Below are positions 46,312 through 55,646 of a stretch of DNA of 64,000 nt, in pieces. The notes beneath the pieces were generated by a model. It was not told where the DNA came from. It ran no database searches and saw only the letters and a program-made list of their open reading frames with translations. The stretch is taken from assembly GCA_045589515.1 (NCBI GenBank), contig JAZNPH010000090.1, positions 5,631 through 69,630 of the forward strand, read 5' to 3'. Source of the stretch: Eubacteriales bacterium. Its GTDB lineage: Bacteria; Bacillota; Clostridia; Oscillospirales; CAG-382. How positions within the stretch are numbered: the first letter of the stretch is position 1; every line of letters starts with the position of its first letter. A program made the translations under genes and the position numbers.

Positions 46312-48231
46312 ATGACGGAGCAGATCTGGAAGATCGACGGGGAACGTTTGGTTTGGGAGATCAAAAAAGGGCAGGTACATACCGACGACATTGAAATGAG
46401 CGGCTTTTACGCCGACGAGATCATTTCCTACGGGGTGAAGGAGGACGGCAGTCTTCATTTGGAGCAGAGCTTTTACTTCCCCACCCTGCGTACCATTCCC
46501 AACCACACCCACGCCACCTATCATTTTGACGTGGCAAGGGAACAGACCCCCTGTCTTTTGAAGGACGGCGCTCCCGTGAAGGAATTCCCCATTCAGGCGG
46601 AGCTGGACGGCACCCTTTGCATCACCTGCGATACCGACGAAGGCGTTCTGGTGGTGCGCCGTTTTTACCCTGCCCAAAACGCACTTTGCTGTGTGGAGCA
46701 GGTCTCCTTGATCGCCATGGAGGACGGGGAGTTTACCCTTTCCCTGCCCGCTACCCATCTACACGAGCACGGGAGAGGTACCAAGGGCGTTTACCTTGCG
46801 GAGATCCGCCACGACGCTCCGGAGGTGATCAAGCTTGCCTCGGGGGACATGTTGACCTATTACGTTTACTACTCCGCACGGATCGCCAATCAGCCCCGCC
46901 CCGAGGTAGACGGCGGGCAAGAGCTTTTGGCACGTCTTGTGCGTGTGGAGGAGCTTTGCGGCACCATGGTTCTCCGCACCGCAAACCCCGTGTTGGACGG
47001 TATGTTCCGTTTTTCCAAGCTCCGTGCAGGGGAAAGCATTTTCGAGACCCTCACCGGGAAGTATCACAGCCCCGGGGGACGCTCCTACTATGCCGCCACC
47101 TGGTGCAACGACCAAGCGGAATACGCAGGCCCTCATTTCGCCATGACAGGGGACAAGGCTGCCATGGAGGCTTCCCTGAACGCTTACCGCTCCTACACGG
47201 CTTTTATGTCCGACAGCTTCCACAAGCTTCCCTGCTCCATCATTGCGGAGGGGCTTGACATCTGGGAGGGTGCGGGTGACAGAGGCGACGCGGCCATGTA
47301 TCTTTACGGTGCTTCCCTGTTCTGCCTTTACACGGGAGACAAGACCATCGCCAAGGAGCTTTACCCTGCCATCAAGTGGTGCGCGGAGTACTGCCGCCGT
47401 CAGACCCTGCCGGAGGGTGTGATCCGCTCCGATTCCGACGAATTGGAGGGCCGTTTCCCCACGGACAGGAAGGCCAATCTTTCCACCTCCTGCTTATGCT
47501 ATGGCGGGTTGGTATTTGCTTCCAAGCTGGCAGAGTCCTTGGGAGATACGGACACGGCAGAGGATTACAAAAAGAGGGCCGCCGCGTTGGCGGAGGCCAT
47601 TGACAGCTATTTCGGTGCGGTGCTTCACGGGTTTGAGACCTACCGCTACTCCAAGGGGTACGACACCTTGCGGGCGTGGATCTGCCTGCCCTTGTGCATG
47701 GAGATGGGAAAACGGAAGGAGGGCACTTTGGATGCCATGCTTTCCTCCTATCTGTGGACGGAGGAAGGGATGCTCACTTGCGAAATCTCCGACGAGAACC
47801 GTTCCAGCACCATTTGGGATCGTTCCACGTTGTACGGCATGAAGGCGGCCTTCCTTGCCGGTGCGGGGGATCGGATCATGGCGCCCTTTTTGGGGTACTG
47901 CCGCAAGCGGTTGTTGTGCGACCGTGTTCCCTACGCGGTGGAGGCGTATCCGGAGGGCGGGAAGCGCCATCTTTCCGGGGAGAGTGCGTTGTTTGCCCGG
48001 GTGGTCACGGAGGGGCTTTTCGGTATTCGGCCGGAGGGGCTTACGGCCTTCTCCTTTGTGCCTGTCTACTTTGAGGAGCTGGGTGAGATCAGCCTGGAGA
48101 AGCTCCCCATCTGCGGCGGGTGCTACGGCATTCGCGTAGGCAGGGACGGCTGGGTGGTCTCCGACGGCGGCAAAGAGGTTGCCCGCGGGGAGACGGACGG
48201 CAAGAGAGTGGAGATACGCAAAGGGGCTTAA
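46312..48231 (+). CDS. Six-hairpin glycosidase-like protein, cytoplasmic
   Basis: HSPGGRSYYAATWCNDQAEY, GDRGDAAM, SDSDELEGRFP, WDRSTLY, PYAVEAYPEG motifs; no signal peptide. Confidence 0.75.
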   Translation: MTEQIWKIDGERLVWEIKKGQVHTDDIEMSGFYADEIISYGVKEDGSLHLEQSFYFPTLRTIPNHTHATYHFDVAREQTPCLLKDGAPVKEFPIQAELDGTLCITCDTDEGVLVVRRFYPAQNALCCVEQVSLIAMEDGEFTLSLPATHLHEHGRGTKGVYLAEIRHDAPEVIKLASGDMLTYYVYYSARIANQPRPEVDGGQELLARLVRVEELCGTMVLRTANPVLDGMFRFSKLRAGESIFETLTGKYHSPGGRSYYAATWCNDQAEYAGPHFAMTGDKAAMEASLNAYRSYTAFMSDSFHKLPCSIIAEGLDIWEGAGDRGDAAMYLYGASLFCLYTGDKTIAKELYPAIKWCAEYCRRQTLPEGVIRSDSDELEGRFPTDRKANLSTSCLCYGGLVFASKLAESLGDTDTAEDYKKRAAALAEAIDSYFGAVLHGFETYRYSKGYDTLRAWICLPLCMEMGKRKEGTLDAMLSSYLWTEEGMLTCEISDENRSSTIWDRSTLYGMKAAFLAGAGDRIMAPFLGYCRKRLLCDRVPYAVEAYPEGGKRHLSGESALFARVVTEGLFGIRPEGLTAFSFVPVYFEELGEISLEKLPICGGCYGIRVGRDGWVVSDGGKEVARGETDGKRVEIRKGA

Positions 48232-48240
48232 TCCCCTGCC

Positions 48241-48360
48241 AAAGGGACCCGTCCCTTTGTAATCCCGTATGATTAAATAAAAATACCGAAACGCACTTGC
48301 GTTTCGGCAATAAGGTTTTCGGGGTTGTTAAGGGGGACTTTTTCCAAAAGTCCCCCTTAA
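48241..48360 (-). repeat. Dispersed two-hairpin element, copy E (left member of a ~110-bp direct repeat)
   Basis: CCGAAACGCA-CT-TGCGTTTCGG CAATAAGGTTTTCGGGGTTG TTAAGGGGGACTTTT-TCC-AAAAGTCCCCCTTAA, preceded by an AAAGGGAC-CC-GTCCCTTT hairpin. Confidence 0.9.
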
Positions 48361-48369
48361 AACGCACTT

Positions 48370-48792
48370 TTAGTCTTCCGTATTTCCCATAAACTTTTCG
48401 TTCATGGCTTGGAGTTTGCGTTTTTCTCTGCGGTCGGCGAGGATAAAGAGAGGGATACCGAAGGCAACATACACGGCCAACATCACGACGGTAGCCAGAA
48501 CAAGGATCTTCCAGGAATTGTAGATCCCGAAAGCGGAATAACTGCCTAAGGTGCAAAGGATCGCCGCCACTCCGTAGGAAGCACGATTGAGCCATAGCTC
48601 CGCTTTAGACTGATGTTTGCAAAGCAAAAAGACGTTGAGAAAAGCGGGGATCACAAGAGCAACGGCAGTGGGCAGAATAAGGCGGTACACGCTTTCCGTG
48701 TGGCACCCCAAAAGCGCGAGCATCAATGCCGCCACGCCAAAAGAACCGAAATAGCTGTAAAACAAACGAACGAGCTTAGAGTTAGAGTTCAT
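48370..48792 (-). CDS. Four-TM membrane protein (DUF3021-like partner of a LytTR regulator)
   Basis: Four hydrophobic segments, C-terminal KLQAMNEKF, translationally adjacent to the LytTR gene. Confidence 0.75.
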   Translation of the reverse strand: MNSNSKLVRLFYSYFGSFGVAALMLALLGCHTESVYRLILPTAVALVIPAFLNVFLLCKHQSKAELWLNRASYGVAAILCTLGSYSAFGIYNSWKILVLATVVMLAVYVAFGIPLFILADRREKRKLQAMNEKFMGNTED

Positions 48793-48793
48793 A

Positions 48794-49231
48794 TTACACA
48801 CCTAACCTTTCTTTGATGGTGTTCAGGTACTGGCGGGAGACCATGAGCTTTTCCCCGTTCAGCAGGGTCATGATCAGCTTGCTGTGCTTTTCCGGGGTGA
48901 TGGAACGGACTTTTTTCAGGTTGACGATAGCGGATTTGGAGACTCTTGCAAAGGGGGTTCCGGAAAGCTTTTCCTCCAGCTGGTAGATGCGTGCTTTGGT
49001 CTCGAAGGTTTCCTTGGCAGTATATAGGAACACCTTGCCGTCCACCGTTTCGATATAGTAGAGGTCGGAAAGGTTCAAGAAATGGGTGGTGCCGTTCTTC
49101 TCCCCTGCTATGCGGTTGTCGGCCAGGCTGATCTCCGCCAGCAGAGCCTGCAGCTCCTCGGTGAGGTAGCCGTAGGTCACGGTGATCTGAGGCTCCTGTA
49201 CATCAGGGTCGTGGATGATGGTGATCTTCAT
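48794..49231 (-). CDS. Stand-alone LytTR-family transcriptional regulator
   Basis: IETVDGKVFLY...YQLEEKL...FARVSKSAIVN...VSRQY; no receiver domain; GAAAGGAGG RBS. Confidence 0.92.
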   Translation of the reverse strand: MKITIIHDPDVQEPQITVTYGYLTEELQALLAEISLADNRIAGEKNGTTHFLNLSDLYYIETVDGKVFLYTAKETFETKARIYQLEEKLSGTPFARVSKSAIVNLKKVRSITPEKHSKLIMTLLNGEKLMVSRQYLNTIKERLGV

Positions 49232-49255
49232 GGGCGTTGCCCTCCTTTCGAGGAT

Positions 49256-49327
49256 ATGGTACATCAAAAGAAATAAAAAAGCAACCCCCAAACGGGTTTG
49301 TTGCACCCCGGGGGATGTAAGTTGCAC
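49256..49327 (-). promoter_or_regulatory. LytTR-type direct repeats and promoter
   Basis: GTGCAAC twice with 21-bp period (49300-49306, 49321-49327) upstream of TTGCTT-N17-TACCAT. Confidence 0.75.
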
Positions 49328-49338
49328 GGAAGACGCTG

Positions 49339-49446
49339 AAAGGGACCCGTATGCATGAAATAAAAATACCGAAACGCTTCTTTGCGTTTCGGCAATAAGG
49401 TTTTCGGGGTTGTTAAGGGGGTCTTTTTTCCAAAAGACCCCCTTAA
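49339..49446 (-). repeat. Dispersed two-hairpin element, copy F (right member of the direct repeat)
   Basis: Nearly identical to copy E, with a compensatory A:T to T:A change in the long stem (GGGGGAC/GTCCCCC vs GGGGGTC/GACCCCC). Confidence 0.9.
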
Positions 49447-49459
49447 ACGTACTCCTAAA

Positions 49460-50728
49460 TCAAATCTGTTCCAGCGCCTGTTCGATGTCGGCGATGATGT
49501 CCTCTGCGCTCTCGATACCGCAGGAGAAGCGGATGAGGTCGGGAGAGACGCCGCAGGCTACCAGCTGTTCGTCGGTGAGCTGGCGGTGGGTGGTGGATGC
49601 CGGGTGGAGACAGCAGGTGCGGGCGTCAGCCACGTGGGTGACGATGGCCGCAAGACGGAGGCTGTCCATAAACTTGGTAGCCGCCTCTCTGCCGCCTTTG
49701 ACGCCGAAGGAAACCACGCCGCAGGTGCCCTGAGGCATATACTTCTGCGCCAGAGCGTACTGATCGTCCTCGGGCAGCATAGCGCACTTCACCCAGTTGA
49801 TCTTGGGATGGTTCTGGAGGTACTTGGCAACGGCCACGGCGTTCTCGCAATGGCGGGCCATGCGGAGATGAAGGGTCTCCAAACCTACGTTCAGAAGGAA
49901 TGCGTTCTGGGGTGCCTGTACGGAGCCCAGGTCACGCATGAGCTGAACCACGCACTTCAGAAGGTAAGCACCTCTGCCACGCTCTGCGTAGATGATGCCG
50001 TGATAGCTATCGTCGGGCTTGGTGAGACCGGGGAACTTGTCGTTTTGAGTCCAATCGAAATTACCGCTGTCCACGATGCAACCGCCGATGGTGGAGGCGT
50101 GGCCTTCCATATACTTGGTGGTGGAGTGGGTGACGATGTCCGCACCAAACTCAAAGGGACGGCAGTTGATGGGGGTTGCAAAGGTGTTGTCGATGATCAG
50201 GGGCACGCCGTTCTCGTGGGCAACCTTGGCGAACACGGAGATATCCATGATATCCAGGCTGGGGTTGGAGACGGTCTCGCCGAAGAAGGCCTTGGTGTTG
50301 GGCTTCACGGCGGCGCGAAGCTCCTCCTCCGTAGCATGGGGAGACACGAAGGTGAAATCGAAGCCCAGCTTACGCATGGTCACGTTGAACAGGTTGAAGG
50401 TGCCGCCGTAGATCGCGGAGGAGCAAACGATGTGATCCCCTGCCTGGGCAAGGTTGAACAGAGCGTAGAAGTTGGCGGACTGGCCGGAGCCTGTGAGCAT
50501 ACCTGCCACGCCACCCTCCAAAAGGGTGATCTTGGCGGCGGCGTAATCACAGGTGGGGTTCTGCAAACGGGAGTAGAAGTAGCCCTCGCTCTTCAGGTCG
50601 AAGAGATCTCCCATCTCCACGCTGGAGTCGTATTTGTAGGTGGTGCTTTGCACGATGGGGATGACACGGGGCTCCCCGTTTTTGGGTTGGTATGCGCCTT
50701 GGACGCAAATGGTATCAAGTGTGGGCAT
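49460..50728 (-). CDS. metY: O-acetylhomoserine aminocarboxypropyltransferase / sulfhydrylase
   Basis: YSRLQNPT, IYGGT, DNTFATP, HSTTKY (PLP lysine), HVADARTCCLHPASTTHRQL. Confidence 0.92.
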   Translation of the reverse strand: MPTLDTICVQGAYQPKNGEPRVIPIVQSTTYKYDSSVEMGDLFDLKSEGYFYSRLQNPTCDYAAAKITLLEGGVAGMLTGSGQSANFYALFNLAQAGDHIVCSSAIYGGTFNLFNVTMRKLGFDFTFVSPHATEEELRAAVKPNTKAFFGETVSNPSLDIMDISVFAKVAHENGVPLIIDNTFATPINCRPFEFGADIVTHSTTKYMEGHASTIGGCIVDSGNFDWTQNDKFPGLTKPDDSYHGIIYAERGRGAYLLKCVVQLMRDLGSVQAPQNAFLLNVGLETLHLRMARHCENAVAVAKYLQNHPKINWVKCAMLPEDDQYALAQKYMPQGTCGVVSFGVKGGREAATKFMDSLRLAAIVTHVADARTCCLHPASTTHRQLTDEQLVACGVSPDLIRFSCGIESAEDIIADIEQALEQI

Positions 50729-50746
50729 AATGGTCTTCCTTTCCGT

Positions 50747-51112
50747 TTAGCTGACTGTATCTGCTGCAGGCCCCTTTTCGCCGTATTGCAGGCGGAGGAT
50801 GGCTTCCATTTCTTCTGTGGTGGCTTCAAAAAAATTGGTGTAAAGCTCCGTGCCGTTCTTCACGGTGGGGACGGTAAGCTCCATGCTGTCGGAGATCTCG
50901 TACAGGCGGCAACAGACCAGCACGTCCCCCTGGGCGTAATCGCATTCGTATTCCAAGGCAAGCTCCTCGGCGGTGCGGTAGGAGGTATCCACGTTTTCCG
51001 AAAGGACGTAGAACATACGCTCCGCCCAGCTGACCCGGGGCAAGGGGTTGCCGCCCATTTCGTAATAGGTCATCTGGTAGAGGCATTTTACCACGAATCG
51101 CTTCTTTTGCAT
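50747..51112 (-). CDS. Hypothetical protein, DUF4288-like
   Basis: 121-aa ORF with GGAGGAGG RBS; GTELY motif reminiscent of DUF4288. Family call tentative. Confidence 0.6.
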   Translation of the reverse strand: MQKKRFVVKCLYQMTYYEMGGNPLPRVSWAERMFYVLSENVDTSYRTAEELALEYECDYAQGDVLVCCRLYEISDSMELTVPTVKNGTELYTNFFEATTEEMEAILRLQYGEKGPAADTVS

Positions 51113-51269
51113 CCTGCACCTCCTCCGTCCTTTGAAATCATACGGTGTGATTATATCACGGGAAAAGAAAAATGTCAATCGTTTGGAAAAATTTTTGGGA
51201 AACCTATTGCAATTTGGAAAAGAATGTGCTAAAATACGCTGATGCGCCATGAAAGAGGCGTAAAAAATT

Positions 51270-51350
51270 CACACACCGCTTCTGCGGCTGTACTTCGGGT
51301 TCGTCGAAACAGGCAGTCGTAAATTCCCAAGGCGGTGGCGGGTAAAACCC
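51270..51350 (+). promoter_or_regulatory. rpsB leader (S2 autoregulatory RNA structure)
   Basis: CACACACCGC...GCGGTG stem followed by a GGGT-AAA-ACCC hairpin before the rpsB RBS. Confidence 0.7.
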
Positions 51351-51367
51351 GAAAGAAGGAGACAAAC

Positions 51368-52099
51368 ATGTCAGTCGTATCCATGAAGCAGCTGCTTGAA
51401 GCAGGCGTACACTTCGGTCACCAGACCAGAAGATGGAACCCCAAAATGGCGGAGTATATCTTCACCGAGCGTAACGGGATCTATATCATCGACCTGCAGA
51501 AGACCGTTAAGAAGATCGAGGAAGCCTACATGGTAATCCGTCAGATCGCTCAGGACGGCGGTCACATCCTGTTCGTCGGCACCAAGAAGCAGGCACAGGA
51601 CGCTATTAAGGAAGAGGCTCTCCGTTGCGAGCAGTACTACGTAAACACCCGTTGGCTGGGCGGTATGATGACCAACTTCAAGACCATCAAGAAGTCCATC
51701 GCCAAGCTGAACAACCTCCAGAAGATGGCCGAGGACGGCACCTTCGATCTGCTTCCCAAGAAGGAAGTTGCAGTTCTGCAGAAGCAGACCGCTGACCTGG
51801 AGAAGAACCTGGGCGGTATCAAGAACATGAAGACCCTGCCCTCCGCTATCTTCGTTGTTGACCCCAAGAAGGAAAACAACGCCGTTGAAGAAGCAAGAAA
51901 GCTGGGCATCCCCGTAATCGCTATCGTTGACACCAACTGCGATCCCGACGTGATCGACTACGTGATCCCCGGTAACGACGACGCGATCCGCGCCATCAAG
52001 CTCATCGCTTCCGTTATGGCAGACGCCGTTCTGGAAGGCAAGCAGGGCGAGCAGTTCACCGATTCCACCGAAGAGGCTCCCGTCGAGGCAGCTGAATAA
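51368..52099 (+). CDS. rpsB: 30S ribosomal protein S2
   Basis: [41 protein letters not shown]. Confidence 0.99.
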   Translation: MSVVSMKQLLEAGVHFGHQTRRWNPKMAEYIFTERNGIYIIDLQKTVKKIEEAYMVIRQIAQDGGHILFVGTKKQAQDAIKEEALRCEQYYVNTRWLGGMMTNFKTIKKSIAKLNNLQKMAEDGTFDLLPKKEVAVLQKQTADLEKNLGGIKNMKTLPSAIFVVDPKKENNAVEEARKLGIPVIAIVDTNCDPDVIDYVIPGNDDAIRAIKLIASVMADAVLEGKQGEQFTDSTEEAPVEAAE

Positions 52100-52133
52100 G
52101 CTTTTTGAGAAAGATTTTTAGGAGGAACTAAAA

Positions 52134-53060
52134 ATGGCAGAGATTTCCGCAAAATTGGTTATGGAGCTGCGCAAGAAGACCGGCGCAGGTATGATGGAGT
52201 GCAAGAAGGCTCTCGTTTCCGCTAACGGCGATTTCGACGAGGCTATCAAGATCCTTCGCGAGAAGGGCGTTGCAGTTGCCGCTAAGAAGGCAGACCGTAT
52301 TGCTGCAGAGGGCGTTGTTGACACCCTGACCGTAGACGGCGTGACCGCTATGGTTGAAGTTAACGCTGAGACCGACTTCGTTGCTAAGAATGCTTCCTTC
52401 CGCGAGTTCGTACAGGGCATTCTCCGCACCATCGTTGCTAACAAGCCCGCTACCAACGAAGAACTGTTGGCTCTCCCCTTCGACGGCGGCGAGCTCACCG
52501 TTGAAGGCGCTCTGAAGGACAAGATCTTCACCATCGGTGAGAATATGTCCATCCGTCGCTTCGTCATCGTTGAGGGTGCTTGCGGCACTTATATCCACGG
52601 TAACGGCGCTATCGCTTGCGTTACCAAGTTCGACACCGAGGGTGTTGACGTAAACGGCGAGGCTTTTGCTGACTACGCTAAGAACATCTGCATGCAGATC
52701 GTTGCTATGAACCCCACCTACGTTTGCAGACATTGCGTTCCCGAGTCCGTACTGGCAAGCGAGAAAGAGATCGCTCTGACTCAGATCAACAACGATCCCA
52801 AGAACGCTTCCAAGCCCGAAAACATCAAAGAGAAGATGATCGAAGGCCGTATCAACAAGTTCTACGAGAGCGCTTGTCTGGTTGACCAGGGCTACGTTAA
52901 GGAAGACAAGATCTCCGTTGGTCAGTACACCGAGAACACCGGCAAGGAGCTGGGCGGTACCATCAAGATCAACTCTTTCGTGAAGTTCGAGAGAGGCGAG
53001 GGTCTGGAGAAGAGAGAAGACGATTTCGCAAGCGAGATCGAAAAGCTGGTCAACGGCTAA
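52134..53060 (+). CDS. tsf: Translation elongation factor Ts
   Basis: ELRKKTGAGMMECKKAL, EVNAETDFVAKN, IGEN; follows rpsB. Confidence 0.99.
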   Translation: MAEISAKLVMELRKKTGAGMMECKKALVSANGDFDEAIKILREKGVAVAAKKADRIAAEGVVDTLTVDGVTAMVEVNAETDFVAKNASFREFVQGILRTIVANKPATNEELLALPFDGGELTVEGALKDKIFTIGENMSIRRFVIVEGACGTYIHGNGAIACVTKFDTEGVDVNGEAFADYAKNICMQIVAMNPTYVCRHCVPESVLASEKEIALTQINNDPKNASKPENIKEKMIEGRINKFYESACLVDQGYVKEDKISVGQYTENTGKELGGTIKINSFVKFERGEGLEKREDDFASEIEKLVNG

Positions 53061-53074
53061 TTCTCCCCTACTAC

Positions 53075-53113
53075 AAAAAAATTCTGCACGGAGAAAACTC
53101 CGTGCAGTTTTTT
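53075..53113. terminator. Terminator after tsf (probably bidirectional)
   Basis: A-run, CTGCACGGAG-AAAA-CTCCGTGCAG, T-run. Confidence 0.85.
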
Positions 53114-53115
53114 GT

Positions 53116-54279
53116 TTATTCGAAAAGGGATGCGCAGGTCTCGTCCTGCCGCAGGAGGGTCAGCAATTCCTCCGGGAGGTTTTCCAAGTGCTGTTTCCAG
53201 AAGTCTTCTGCCACGGGGGGAAGCTTTTCCCCGGTGAGTTCGGGGATATAGGAAAGCAGAGGCGCCGTATAACGGCAGGAGCCCTCCGAAACAAGCTGTT
53301 CGTAGGCGCGGCAATGGAGGAAGCCTTTGCGGAAGCAGTTCAACGCTTCCGGCAGGTTATCGTGATGGCTGTGGTAGTCCGCCAGGGAAAAATACAGCCC
53401 GCCGATGTTGAAATGCAGGGCGCCGCAGTTTCCGTCCCCGCAGAGGGTCTCGTACAGGTTTGCCAGGACGTATCCCACCTCCACGCTGTGCTTTGCCACC
53501 GCGGGGGAACAGTTTTGAGACCAAGCACTCAGCAAAACGTGCTGTGTCTCGCGTAAAAGTGTAACCAGGGCTTCTCCGTAATAGCCTGCCATCTCTTCCC
53601 CTTCGGCAGCTTCCGGCAGCAACAGTTCTTTGCTGTTATACAGGGAGGGTTGACCGGTGGCAATCTTCTTTGCCTTTTCGGTCTGCCCCATGTTCTTACA
53701 AAGCACGAGCATGGGCTGCAGAGCCGTCTCCCGCTCCAAAACGGTACTGTCCATGGACAGGATCTTATCGTAGACCTGCAAGGCCTCCTGCCAATAGGGA
53801 TTTTTGGAATTGTGTTCTGCATCACGGTAAAAGAAATCCGAGCCTTCGGGGCGGTGCGCTCTTGCGCCGTATTTGTTCCAACCCAGCATATATAAGGCTT
53901 TCGCCAGCTTCAGCAGAATACGGGGTTCGTTAGGAAATTCCTCCACAGCCGTGCGTAAACGCTCCACGCAGGATTCCAGTTCCGGTGAGGCAATACCTTC
54001 TCGCACAGTAAAGCCGGTCATATTCAGGGTTTCGTCGGCTTCCCGCAGGATGGCGTTGATCTTCTCTTCCCTGTCGCCGTGGTAGCCGAACAGCTCGTCG
54101 ATGGCTACGTGGAAGTAGTTTGCGATGGCGGGCAGGAGCTCCAAGTCGGGGTAGCCGCCTCCTGCTTCCCAGCGGGAGATGGCTTGGCAGGTGACGCCAA
54201 GGGTCTTGGCAAGGTCTTCCTGGGTTCGTCCGTCGCGGTGACGGAGGGATCTGATGGTTTCTCCTATTTTCAATTGCAT
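53116..54279 (-). CDS. XRE-family HTH regulator with long helical (TPR-like) C-terminus
   Basis: TQEDLAKTLGVTCQAISRWEAGGGYPD...IDELFG. Confidence 0.88.
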   Translation of the reverse strand: MQLKIGETIRSLRHRDGRTQEDLAKTLGVTCQAISRWEAGGGYPDLELLPAIANYFHVAIDELFGYHGDREEKINAILREADETLNMTGFTVREGIASPELESCVERLRTAVEEFPNEPRILLKLAKALYMLGWNKYGARAHRPEGSDFFYRDAEHNSKNPYWQEALQVYDKILSMDSTVLERETALQPMLVLCKNMGQTEKAKKIATGQPSLYNSKELLLPEAAEGEEMAGYYGEALVTLLRETQHVLLSAWSQNCSPAVAKHSVEVGYVLANLYETLCGDGNCGALHFNIGGLYFSLADYHSHHDNLPEALNCFRKGFLHCRAYEQLVSEGSCRYTAPLLSYIPELTGEKLPPVAEDFWKQHLENLPEELLTLLRQDETCASLFE

Positions 54280-54499
54280 ATGAATATCTCCATTTCGTAG
54301 TATTCACCGGTGTGCCTTTATGGTAACACAGGAGAAGGAAAAAGTCAATTATCAATTCCTTGTAGAGTTGTCAAGGATGCGTTGATGTACGGCGCGAAAA
54401 TACACGCAGATCCGTTTACCGAAAGTGTTGATTTCCTTCCGTTTTTGTTGTATAATCATAGCATCGAATTCGATATTACATTTTTGAAGGAGAATAGTT

Positions 54500-55276
54500 A
54501 TGTTTATAGAAGAACGTCACGAGAAGATTTTGAGAATCCTGGAGGAAAAAGGAAAGATCACCATCGGGGAGATCACCGAAGCCTTTGAGATCTCTGACGA
54601 ATCCGCACGGAGAGATCTGCGGATGCTGGAGCAGAGAGGGCTTTGCAAACGGACCCACGGCGGTGCCATCGTCCCCAGGCAGGTGGGTATGCGGCCCCCT
54701 GCGGACAGGGACTTTGAGACCATGCCTGTGTTTGACACCTATCGGGAGATCGCACGGGCGGGGGCAAAGAGGATTCAAGCAGATGACACGGTATACCTCA
54801 CGGGAGGCTCCCTGGGGTATCTGATGCTGGAATTTCTGCCGCGGGATATTTCCTATACCCTGGTGATCAATTCCGTGGACTTGGGAAAAGCACTCAGATC
54901 CTTCGACAACGTTGAGGTGTATCTGGCGGGAGGGAAAATGCGGCAAAGCGGCTCTCTGGTGGACAGTATGGCCACGGAATTTGTGAGCAGACTGCATTTT
55001 GATCTGTGTCTGATCACCGGGGCGGGGCTGACGGCGGAGTTCGGGCTTTCCAACGGAACGGGAGAAACGGCGGCATTCCAGCAGGCGGTGATCCAAAACA
55101 GCCGAAAGAAATGTCTTTTGATGCCCGGGGTCAAGGTTGGCACGGATGCTTTCGTGAAGGTGTGCGACGCGGAAGCCTTTGACGAGGTGATCACCGATTG
55201 GGAGTGTGTGGAGGAACACATCCTTGGGCTTACGGAAAGGGGCTTGCACGTTACTGTGGTCGAGGAAGTCAAATGA
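54500..55276 (+). CDS. DeoR/GlpR family transcriptional regulator
   Basis: EERHEKIL...SARRDLRMLE...RTHGGA; C-terminal sugar-phosphate sensor domain. Confidence 0.93.
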   Translation: MFIEERHEKILRILEEKGKITIGEITEAFEISDESARRDLRMLEQRGLCKRTHGGAIVPRQVGMRPPADRDFETMPVFDTYREIARAGAKRIQADDTVYLTGGSLGYLMLEFLPRDISYTLVINSVDLGKALRSFDNVEVYLAGGKMRQSGSLVDSMATEFVSRLHFDLCLITGAGLTAEFGLSNGTGETAAFQQAVIQNSRKKCLLMPGVKVGTDAFVKVCDAEAFDEVITDWECVEEHILGLTERGLHVTVVEEVK

Positions 55277-55470
55277 GTCGGGAACAACTGCTTCGCAATC
55301 TGATTCTGGACAGATATCAAAGCCTCAGAAGGTTTGCCATAGAGGCGGATATCCCCTACAGCACGTTGATGACTCTTTTATCCAGAGATCTGGGCGGTGC
55401 TTCCTTTGACGTGGTGATGAAGATCTGCAGGGCTTTGGAGATCGATCCTATGGAGCTGTATGGTAATTAG
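55273..55470 (+). CDS. Small Cro/CI-type HTH protein (65 aa)
   Basis: SLRRFAIEADIPYSTL...VMKICRALEI; ATGA overlap with the DeoR stop. Confidence 0.85.
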   Translation: MSREQLLRNLILDRYQSLRRFAIEADIPYSTLMTLLSRDLGGASFDVVMKICRALEIDPMELYGN

Positions 55471-55646
55471 ACTCCCCCTCCCATGTTGGTCTTTTTCAAC
55501 TCAAACGGGTAAAAATCCACTTGCAGTGGAGGAACTCGCAAAAATGCGGTTGTTGACTGTCGGGATTGATCGTGATAGAATCATGATAACGACAGGGCCC
55601 GTCGTTCAGAGTAGATGATGATCGTTTACAGAAAGGAGAATATCGT

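Noticed and set aside
48241-49446. Direct repeats as integron attC sites or IS ends
   Set aside because: No convincing RYYYAAC/GTTRRRY core pair, no integrase or transposase, and no target-site duplication seen.
50729-50746. SAM riboswitch or T-box before metY
   Set aside because: Only 18 bp separate metY from the upstream ORF, and no riboswitch motif was recognised upstream of that ORF.
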